Origin: Terrimicrobiaceae bacterium | Lineage (GTDB): Bacteria; Verrucomicrobiota; Verrucomicrobiia; Chthoniobacterales; Terrimicrobiaceae | Direction: 5' to 3' | Assembly: GCA_041752695.1 (NCBI GenBank) | Contig: JBGSVZ010000067.1 | Span: 1-46,277 of the forward strand | DNA length: 46,277 nucleotides | Part shown: one piece after another, positions 1 through 8,315 of the stretch | How positions within the stretch are numbered: position 1 is the first letter of the stretch | How the letters are laid out: the number at the start of each line of letters is the position of its first letter | The notes under the pieces: model-generated | Databases searched by the model: none | The model's input: the letters and a program-made list of their open reading frames with translations, nothing else | What the model was told of the DNA's origin: nothing | Program-made: the position numbers and the translations under genes

Positions 1-144
1 ACTTTTACTCTGTAGAATGGCCATTTTCCGGCATCTCGCCCCTTCCTCTTGTGGGGAAGGGTGTGGGGAACCCGCGAGGTCGATATCGAACCCCGGATTC
101 TCAGCGAAAAAGGTTCGAACTTCGTCCAGGGTCTGCCGCCAATG

Positions 145-303
145 GCGAAGCCATCAAGAAATTCTCGATGGGATGAGAACGCAGTTCGAGCCGGAGCGAA
201 GCGGAGACAGGCGAAGCCAATCCCACCCTCTCCGCGCTGCAAGGAAGGGAAGTCTATGACGCAAAGCCACTGGGAAGGCGAAGCTAATCCATCCGCTCCG
301 CCA
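145..303 (+). repeat. tRNA-linked repeat / att-like remnants: two tRNA-Ser 3'-end-like fragments each preceded by a GCGAAGC hairpin
   Basis: AATCCCACCCTCTCCGC at 219-235 resembles the T-arm/acceptor 3' end of tRNA-Ser. A degenerate copy AATCCATCCGCTCCGCCA lies at 286-303. GCGAAGC occurs at 145, 196, 211 and 278. Confidence 0.55.
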
Positions 304-527
304 TGACCACAATACGCCCGCGAACCCCGAAAGATTAGGGATAAAAGCGATCATCCCATGGCCTCGTTCCATCATCCGGACGAACTGCCTGCCAAACACG
401 CTGGTCCTGTCCGCACTCATCGGCAGAGGGCCGACAGATACTCGCTGCCGGTTTTTCCAACCCAGCCGTGCGAAGGAACACTCCAACTGCAGAACGGGCC
501 CGCCAGAATGCTGTAATTGTGATCCCG

Positions 528-1574
528 TCAGCTGGCAGTCTTCCATCCGGTCGTGATCCAGTGCCCTTCGATCACAAATCCCCGAGCCACAGTGGGAACG
601 CCATGCCGTCCGTGCGCAAGCTGAACATGAACCATGTCCACGGAGGCGTTGCCCACCGTTTCATGCGCCTGATCGGTTCCAAACTGTTCGGCTTTTCCAG
701 GGAGATATTCCATCGTGGCCCAGATGATCCGGCCGGGAAGACCTTCCAAGACACGCTCGGTCAGATTCCAAGAATCCAACCCATAGACGGCATCGGGCCG
801 GTAACGCCGGGCCCACTTCTCAAGTGCGGCACGGTAGTGCGCCGGATCCTTTCCCACTTCGTAAAAAGGCGGCATGCGCACTCGCCCCCGCTTTTCCCTG
901 CTCCAGCCCTCATAGGCACAACTGATGCGTTTCTCAACCAGCAAATCCAAGCCTCCGGGCAAAACGAGTCCAATCCGTTGACACCCAGCCAGGCTCAACT
1001 CTTCCAAGGCACGTCTGGTATTCCCGAAGTGATCCGCACAGGCAAAATCCAATTCGGGTTGCCTCAGCCGTGAACCCAGCGTCGTGCAGGCAAATCCCTC
1101 CGGATCGAATGCAATCCCGGACTCCGAGGTTTGGGTCCAGTCGCGCACGTAAAGGATGATTACGCCCTTGATGCCCCGTGCACGCAAAATGCTTTCGAGG
1201 CGTCCCGGCTTGGCTGCGTGGGCACCGAGCCAAAAGGGCTCCACCCGGTATCCCAACTGCGCCGCCCGTTCCTGCACTCCCTTCATCATCAGGCCGAAAG
1301 CCGGAAAGTGTTTCACTTGATCGGGAAACGGCCCGGTCTCGACAAATGCCAGAGTGGATTGGATACGCGTTTGCGGATGACGCCGCATTTGCGCCAGCCC
1401 GATGGAAATCAGAGGGTCGGGCTGGTAGCCGAGCCGCTTGGCTATATCGCGTACTTTCTCGCGTGTCTCATCGCGTATCCGCCCAGTCCCCCGCAGAGCA
1501 TCGCTGGCGGTTTGACGGCTCACGCCAGCAATCTCCGCGATCTGCCTCAAAGTCGGTGGCGGGCCGGTCGGCAT
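528..1574 (-). CDS. LacI-family transcriptional regulator
   Basis: N-terminal HTH PTLRQIAEIAGVSRQTASDALRG...AKRLGYQPD, followed by a periplasmic-binding-protein-like effector domain. GGAGG lies upstream of the ATG. Confidence 0.93.
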   Translation of the reverse strand: MPTGPPPTLRQIAEIAGVSRQTASDALRGTGRIRDETREKVRDIAKRLGYQPDPLISIGLAQMRRHPQTRIQSTLAFVETGPFPDQVKHFPAFGLMMKGVQERAAQLGYRVEPFWLGAHAAKPGRLESILRARGIKGVIILYVRDWTQTSESGIAFDPEGFACTTLGSRLRQPELDFACADHFGNTRRALEELSLAGCQRIGLVLPGGLDLLVEKRISCAYEGWSREKRGRVRMPPFYEVGKDPAHYRAALEKWARRYRPDAVYGLDSWNLTERVLEGLPGRIIWATMEYLPGKAEQFGTDQAHETVGNASVDMVHVQLAHGRHGVPTVARGFVIEGHWITTGWKTAS

Positions 1575-1599
1575 GTTTCAAAATCCTCCGAGGCGATCG

Positions 1600-2217
1600 G
1601 GCATGAACGAGACATTCACAATAAACTTGCCATCAAGCTGTCGCTCTACGGCAGCCTTCAACATCAAGTTGTTGCAAGCGCTCCCCCTTGTCAAACTCTG
1701 GAAACGTGGGATTTGCGCCGAGTTATGCAAGGTCAGTCGGGCCGGGAATCGAATCACCCGCATCCACTGTCTCCCTCCGTCCCACGGGCCTGATCGGCTC
1801 GCGTTTCCGACCGTCCGACGATTCCACCGGCACCCCGTTTTGATTCCATCGAATAACTTCGCCGTCGTTTCGCTCCGCGAGCTGGCTGATTTGTCGAAGC
1901 AGATTTTCAAGAAATGGCTTTCTCGCACGAATGCATCTATCTCGCCGATGAATTGGACGCAGCGATCAAAAACACCATTCGGATTTCAAATCTTTCTATG
2001 TCCACGGTTCCGCACCAGGGGCATTTCGTCTCCGCACTTTGGTCGGGATGACCTCCGGCGGTTCCGAGTGATCGTCCAGGCGATGACATCTGACAAGGAA
2101 ATCGTCCGTTGCCTCCAGATCCTCAAAACAAACCGTGCCGACACGGGATTTATGTATGAATCGTTTTACGAAAACGACCCCAAGGATTTCACTCTCCACT
2201 AAGAGTTGATTCTAAAC
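1600..2217 (+). pseudogene. degraded glycoside hydrolase family 125 (exo-alpha-1,6-mannosidase-like, DUF1237) remnant
   Basis: Motifs are split over frames: RPTGLIGSRFRPSDD (frame 2, ~1778-1822), then LIPSNNFAVVSLRELAD (frame 1, from 1840), GISSPH, and TGFMYESFYENDPKDFT followed by an in-frame stop and ELIL. The N-terminus and internal segments are missing. Confidence 0.8.
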
Positions 2218-2380
2218 TGCTGGCCGAGTGGCCTGACCTTCTTCGGTAATTTCAGCCCCCCAAGAGAGACATTGCCCGCTGAGAACGGAGAGGGAGACGG
2301 ACTGTCAGGCAATATCTTGATTGTTCGAATTTGGAGGGATGTTAATGGTCTGCAAAGAGCAATAACCACCCACTAACACC

Positions 2381-3208
2381 ATGAAATCCCTCACGAACAA
2401 ATTTCTCATCATCGGTCTCGCGGCAGGAGCCATGCTCACTGTGGCAGTCACCCCTTCCAAAGCGGTCCTCATAGCCTATGACGGCTTTGCCACTACCGGG
2501 GCACCAAACTACACCGCCGGAACATCGATTAACGGCGTCAATGGCGGCGCAGGCTTCACAGGCGCCTGGCCCGCCGGGGGGTTTGATGCCCAAAACGGTG
2601 GTTTAACCTTCGGATCGCTAGCCACTACATCAGGACAAGCAACGATCGTTTCGAATTTTGGCTTCAATGCCTCAACCCGTGGAATTCCTTCGACCTCGTC
2701 GGGGGATTTGTGGGTCAGTTGGCTTTGGTCGCCGGTTGATCCTGCTGATTCCAATACTTACAGTGGCTTCGGTCTCACCGCGCAATTTGGCGGTGCTGAT
2801 CTTTTCTATGTAGGCGACGATGGAGCAGCCGCCGATACCTACAACGTTGCGATTCGAGACTCCGGACAGGTTTCTTACTCGCCCCTTGTCAGTGGACAAA
2901 CCTACTTTACGGTGGTTCACATCAATTTCGGCACATTCGCCAACGATGGGTCTGTGGACGTGTATCTGAACCCAACTCCGGGGGGAGCGCTCGGAGCTCC
3001 CTTGCGATCCGTTTCCGGGCTCAATCTGCCCGCTACGAATGGCTTGGTTATGCTGGGATATGGAAATGGTGCGACAGCCTTCGACGAAATCCGCTTCGGC
3101 ACAACCTACGCTGAGGTCTCCGCGATTCCCGAGCCCTCAACTTTTCTGCTTCTTGGTGCGGCAGGATTGGTGATGGTCATCAGGCGCAAGCGACGCATCG
3201 CCGCCTGA
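2381..3208 (+). CDS. PEP-CTERM sorting domain surface protein
   Basis: Signal peptide, Gly/Thr/Ser-rich beta-type body, and C-terminal IPEPSTFLLLGAAGLVMVIRRKRR (PEP motif, TM helix, basic tail). Confidence 0.95.
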   Translation: MKSLTNKFLIIGLAAGAMLTVAVTPSKAVLIAYDGFATTGAPNYTAGTSINGVNGGAGFTGAWPAGGFDAQNGGLTFGSLATTSGQATIVSNFGFNASTRGIPSTSSGDLWVSWLWSPVDPADSNTYSGFGLTAQFGGADLFYVGDDGAAADTYNVAIRDSGQVSYSPLVSGQTYFTVVHINFGTFANDGSVDVYLNPTPGGALGAPLRSVSGLNLPATNGLVMLGYGNGATAFDEIRFGTTYAEVSAIPEPSTFLLLGAAGLVMVIRRKRRIAA

Positions 3209-3352
3209 GTTTCTTTTGCCTGCGGACTCCAGACGAGCGAGGACGTTCACTTCCAACCATGTTTGCATCCCAGGATTTGCAATCGAAGATATTGATTTTC
3301 TGACCGTCCCGGGGTGCTCTCAAGCAATAGGGCGGGCTACACACCGATTCTC

Positions 3353-4881
3353 ATGCCAGCAGCGATGCTCAACCAGCGAAGGGCAGGCTCCTCCACGGCG
3401 GATTCCGCTGATCGGATCTATACGACTTCGCGGGATGCTGGGGAACGGTTTGCTCAGATAAAGTTGTCGCCGCCAGCGGGTCCCGGTGCTGTTGACGTTG
3501 CCGTCTTCACCGCCCACCGCTTTCAGACAGTTCAGGGATTTGGAGGATCGTTCACTCCCTCTGCGGCCCAGACATGGCTGAAACTTCCCGTGGAGTCGCG
3601 GGAGGAATTTCTGACCGCCTGCTTTGATCCCGCCCTCGGCAATGGCTACACGCTCGGGAGGGTGGCCATCCATAGTTGCGATTTCTCCGACGGAAACTGG
3701 ACCTATGTCAGCGATGAGGATCCGGGCTTGGGAACGTTCTCAATTGAGCGTGACCGTCGCGACGTGATCCCGTTTCTGCAGGCGGCGACCGCAATGGCTG
3801 GCGCTCCGCTGAAGCTGGTGGCCTCGCCCTGGAGCCCGCCGGGCTGGATGAAGAATACCGGCCGAATGTGTAAGGGGGGCTCCCTCCTTCCGGAACATTA
3901 CGCCACATGGGCCGCCTACTTTGTCAAATATCTGGAGGCCTACCAAACCGAGGGTCTGCCGATCTGGGGAATCACCACCCAAAACGAAACGGAAGCGGTG
4001 ACTCCATGGGAGAACTGTACGTATACATCGCTCAAGAACGCGACTTTGTCCGCGATCATCTCGGCCCTGCCCTCCGCCGGGGGGGATTCGCCGACACGCG
4101 CCTCTTCATCTACGATCACAATCGCGATCACGTCGTCACCCACTGCCGTCCGATTCTGGACGATGCGATAGCCAGCCGTTTCGTCACCGGAGTTGCCTAT
4201 CATTGGTATGTGCAGAACAAGCATGACAACCTGCGCCTGCTGCACGAGACCTGGCCCGACAAGGAGATATTATTCACCGAAGGCTGCGTGGAGCTGGCCA
4301 ACAAGGCGATTTACGAAGGCGGGGAGATCAACCTTACGGGATTCGGTTCGGATGGCGAAGACGGGGTCAGCCCGCTGGAGGGCCGGTGGGACTTTAGGGA
4401 GCGCTATGCCCGCTCAATGATTCAGGACTTCAATTGCTGGAACACCGGATTGATTGACTGGAATCTTCTACTCGACGAACGCGGCGGGCCAAATCACGTC
4501 AATAACTTTTGCAGCGCGCCGATCATGGCGGACACGCGCACCGGAAAACTGCATTACCAGAGCAGCTATTTCTACATTGGCCATTTCAGCCGATTCGTCC
4601 GGCCGGGTGCCTGCCGTGTTCTTTGTACGACGGCGCACGATGCCCTGCTCGCCACCGCATTCTTGAATCCCGATGGCTCCCGGGTGGTCGTCCTGCTCAA
4701 CGATCGGGATGAAGCTCGTTGCGTGCACCTCATGGTGGATGACGAGCATTTCGCGATCACGCTTCCGTCTCATTCCATCTCGACGGCGGTCTTGTCTGCC
4801 GCTTGGTCGAACCCGAGAACGGCTCTTCCTCTTGTGGGCTCGGGAACCCGTTTCGTAAACGCAGCTTACGGGGTGGGATGA
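3353..4881 (+). pseudogene. GH30 glucosylceramidase-like hydrolase split by a single frameshift near 4029
   Basis: 5' ORF has FQTVQGFGGSFT, IHSCDFS, ASPWSPPGWMK and QNE. 3' ORF has ERDFVRDHLGPAL, YDHNRD, YHWY, LFTEGC, DWNLLLDERGGPNHVNNFC. The join reads TAT ACA TC GCT CAA GAA, one base short. Confidence 0.88.
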
Positions 4882-7800
4882 AACGATTTTTGCTTTTTCT
4901 GCCCGGGGTCTGTCTTGCCGTGACCGCGTTTGCCCAAACCAACCTGCTGACGGTCAATCCAGGATTTGAAACGGCCCCCAACTTATATCTCGGTGGGGTG
5001 GGAACATTCGGGGGAATCGCGGGGTGGCTGGTGATTGGCAACAACACCGGAAGCGGGCCGATTGTGGGCGTCTCGACGGACCAGCCCCTGGTCACTGGCC
5101 GAGATGGCTCGGCTGTCGCCTACATCTGGAACGGGTCTTTTGAAACGGCCGCAGCGGACCGGCCCGTAGTGACTGCGGGCAATCGCTATCTGGTGCGGTT
5201 GCGGTCGGAAAGCGACCTGGTGGGCCCGGCGGATTTTACGCTTGGCGTTCGGTGGTATGGCTCAAGCCTGGGTTACACGCCGCTTGCCACTTCCCAACAA
5301 ACGCTCCGCGTGGGAAATCTGTCGGCGTTTCAGACGTTTTCACTACCCGTTACGGCTCCGACCGGATCAACCCATGCCGCAGTCTTCGCGGCAACCGGGT
5401 CAGGCGTCGGCGTTTTGCTGGATCATGTGGAGTTCCTTGTCCAGCCGATCCCTCCACCCGGCACACCACCCAGCCTGCCGTCGCAGAACAACATCAGCAG
5501 CCCCTACGGGGTTCCCATCCAGATTGCGAATACTGTGAATTACCAAGGTCTACCCAGGGTGGATCTGACTTACTCTCTCTTGTCTCCACCCGCCGGAGCT
5601 ACCATTGACGCTTCGGGAGTGGTTTCCTGGACTCCCACCCTCGCGCAAAGTGGAACTACCCACACGATCACAACCCGGGTGGTAGATAACATCGATAACA
5701 GCCTCTTCGACGAAAATTCGTTTCAAGTGACCGTTGTGAACCCGCCAAATAATGCTCCTTTACTGCCGGAGGCCGTGCGGAGGACCGTTGTGCTGGGATC
5801 GTCGCTGACCTTCACCAACACGGCCACTGACGATAATATTCCCGCACAGACCCTGACCTACCAATTGCTAAGTGCCCCTCCCGGAGCGGCCATCAGCCCC
5901 TCCGGCGTCATTTCGTTTTCCCCAACAGCGTTCGGTCGTTATGTCATCACCACACAGGTGACGGACAACGGCTCGCCGGCGCTGAGCGCCATTAACAGCT
6001 TTGTCGTTGAAGTCATTCCCGCTCTGCCAGTCGGCGCGACCAATCTTCTGACCAACAACCCGGGCTTTGAAGCCGTCGCCTTCAGCACGTTCACCAATGG
6101 TGCCTATAGCTTCCAGGGTTGGAATGGACACAATCCGCTCTACAATCAGCACGCTGTTTACGACGGAGGTGGTACGCAAGGGACTCGCCATTTCCACCAG
6201 GACTGGGGGGGCAACCTGTCCACCGCTCCGAATGCGCGAGCTGCCGCGGTGCCGGGACAGCAATTTCTAATGCTGGTCGATTTGCGTTCGCTCATCCGGA
6301 ATTTTGATTTCCAGCGCCTGGGCACCCGTCTCTTCATTGAGTTTTTTAACTCGTCAGGGACTCTCATCAAGCAAGTGTGGGGGCCGGACTGGTCGCCCCA
6401 GGTGCAATCGACGGCGGCCGGCACGGGCGTTTGGGAAACGCATCTCGTGCGGGGCGTGGCTCCCGCCGGAACGGCCAGCGTGGGGGTGAGGATTTATTCG
6501 CCCTCCGGGCAGTTTAACAGCAATGAAGCGAACTACACTCAGGATCGTCATGTCGAAGTGGACAACGTGCGGGTCTATGTCCTGCCGGAAAACCAGGACC
6601 GGTTGGCCTACCGCCGCGCCCCACGTTTGGTGGAACCGGGGAAGACGGCCACTCTCAAAATCAACCATGCCACTTCGAGTCCCCGCACTCTGCGGGTCGC
6701 CCTTCTTAACTCCTCCGGGGTGGAGGTGACGTCCGGCACAGTATCCGTCAGCTCGGGGCGCTTTCGAGCAACTCCGATGAATGTCGCTGTCCCGGGTAAT
6801 CTTCCCAACGGCACCTACTCGTGGCGCATCACCCTGGTTTCCACCGCCGGGGGGAACGCCGTCGCCACCCAGGATGTTCCAAATGTGATCGTTGATGAAA
6901 CGATCTCAGCCCCGACCCTCAATGGTACCGATTTCCGCGCGGACAACCCAAACATTGTCTACATGGGCCGCATCGAAAATCTCGCAAACGGCTCGCGCTG
7001 GCTTCATTGGTTCGGGTCCGAGGTCCGCATCCGCTTCAAAGGCACTTCGCTCAGCATGATTGGAGGGATCAATGAGAGTCCGTTCGGCGGATTTTTCGAC
7101 CACAATCTAAGGGTCGTCGTTGATGGGGACTTTGCCAATCCGGTCACGGTGAATCTTCCAACGAACGGTTCGCAATCGGTGACCACTCTGGTTAGTGGTC
7201 TCTCCGATGCCGTCCACACCGTGACGATCATCAAGGACCAGGAATCCGACCGATCGGTACGTCTCGACGCGTTTCGCGTCGATGCGAGTCGGGGTCTTCT
7301 TCGAGCAGAACCACTTTCCGATCGTCGCATCGAAATCTTCGGGGACTCCGTAACCAACGGCGGCGAGGCCTCGCCGAATCTTTTTGGGTATGCTCCGCTC
7401 GTCGGACGCGAACTCGATGCGGATGTCCACATCATTGCCAAGGGAGGCACCGGCGTCGCTTCCAGTTTCAGCGGTCAGTCCACCCTCCTGAAGTATTGGG
7501 ATAACCTGACTTTCCAGAACGTGTTTTATCCTGAGGGCGGCCAAAAATTCGACCTGGCCGGCTGGGCTCCGGACATCGTCGTTGTCGCGATTGGCCATAA
7601 TGATCAATTCAACGATGGCGGTTTCATTTTCCGACCGCGTTACGCGGATTTTCGAGCAGCATTGCGTTCCGCCTACGGCGAAGTGCCTGTCGTTTCCACG
7701 AATACAACCATCAGCAATCCCCTTTTCCATTTTGAGAATGCGATCGCGCCTCTCACGGCGGTGGATTCGGACTGGTTTTTCCTCTTCCAACACAATCCTT

Positions 7801-8315
7801 CGGACAACCTTCTTTATGGGCATCCGGACCGAGCCGGGCACGCTGCCATGGCCTATGGTGACACCCTGCGCTTCAGCCTGGCAGACGGCATCGAAGATCA
7901 GGCGGGGTGGGGGTTGGATTTTCCGGCCAAGACCTACGAGCAGTGGGTGACAGAAAGCTTCACTCCCAGCCAGATTGCCCTCGGACAGCATCTGCCGGAC
8001 CGCGATTCCCTCGGACAGGGAGTGACTAACCTTCTTCGTTTCGCATTGGGAATTCCGGCAAACGAAACCTTGCAGCCGGGAGACCTGCCGTCACTGGACC
8101 TGACCACAGGGGGACATCTCGCCCTGACTTTTCTTCGAGCGCGCACGGATGTGGACTACCACGTGGAATCCTCCGCCGACCTCAGCCATTGGGAAATTCT
8201 GGCCATCAATCCCGGAATCGTCGGTCAGGCAGTCACCGTCACGGACTCCTCGCCGATCGAACGTAACCGATTTCTCCGATTGCGAACGACTTTGCGTCAG
8301 CAGTTAATGCCATGA
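4878..8315 (+). CDS. secreted multidomain SGNH/GDSL carbohydrate esterase (CE2-like) with CBM-like and cadherin/Ig-like domains
   Basis: Signal peptide MKRFLLFLPGVCLAVTAFA, with the ATG at 4878 overlapping the upstream TGA. Two NLLTxNPGFE modules and two LTYxLLSxPxGA.I..SGV.S..PT repeats. SGNH blocks RRIEIFGDSVTNG, GGTG, IGHND and GHP. Confidence 0.8.
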   Translation: MKRFLLFLPGVCLAVTAFAQTNLLTVNPGFETAPNLYLGGVGTFGGIAGWLVIGNNTGSGPIVGVSTDQPLVTGRDGSAVAYIWNGSFETAAADRPVVTAGNRYLVRLRSESDLVGPADFTLGVRWYGSSLGYTPLATSQQTLRVGNLSAFQTFSLPVTAPTGSTHAAVFAATGSGVGVLLDHVEFLVQPIPPPGTPPSLPSQNNISSPYGVPIQIANTVNYQGLPRVDLTYSLLSPPAGATIDASGVVSWTPTLAQSGTTHTITTRVVDNIDNSLFDENSFQVTVVNPPNNAPLLPEAVRRTVVLGSSLTFTNTATDDNIPAQTLTYQLLSAPPGAAISPSGVISFSPTAFGRYVITTQVTDNGSPALSAINSFVVEVIPALPVGATNLLTNNPGFEAVAFSTFTNGAYSFQGWNGHNPLYNQHAVYDGGGTQGTRHFHQDWGGNLSTAPNARAAAVPGQQFLMLVDLRSLIRNFDFQRLGTRLFIEFFNSSGTLIKQVWGPDWSPQVQSTAAGTGVWETHLVRGVAPAGTASVGVRIYSPSGQFNSNEANYTQDRHVEVDNVRVYVLPENQDRLAYRRAPRLVEPGKTATLKINHATSSPRTLRVALLNSSGVEVTSGTVSVSSGRFRATPMNVAVPGNLPNGTYSWRITLVSTAGGNAVATQDVPNVIVDETISAPTLNGTDFRADNPNIVYMGRIENLANGSRWLHWFGSEVRIRFKGTSLSMIGGINESPFGGFFDHNLRVVVDGDFANPVTVNLPTNGSQSVTTLVSGLSDAVHTVTIIKDQESDRSVRLDAFRVDASRGLLRAEPLSDRRIEIFGDSVTNGGEASPNLFGYAPLVGRELDADVHIIAKGGTGVASSFSGQSTLLKYWDNLTFQNVFYPEGGQKFDLAGWAPDIVVVAIGHNDQFNDGGFIFRPRYADFRAALRSAYGEVPVVSTNTTISNPLFHFENAIAPLTAVDSDWFFLFQHNPSDNLLYGHPDRAGHAAMAYGDTLRFSLADGIEDQAGWGLDFPAKTYEQWVTESFTPSQIALGQHLPDRDSLGQGVTNLLRFALGIPANETLQPGDLPSLDLTTGGHLALTFLRARTDVDYHVESSADLSHWEILAINPGIVGQAVTVTDSSPIERNRFLRLRTTLRQQLMP

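Noticed and set aside
145..303. Possible CRISPR array or intact tRNA
   Set aside because: Repeats are short, degenerate and irregularly spaced; no cas genes and no complete cloverleaf.
1573..2202. 209-aa ORF as an intact gene
   Set aside because: It is part of a frameshifted GH125 remnant, and its start overlaps the divergent lacI start.
4022..4035. Programmed ribosomal frameshift in GH30
   Set aside because: No slippery sequence or evident stimulatory structure at the junction.
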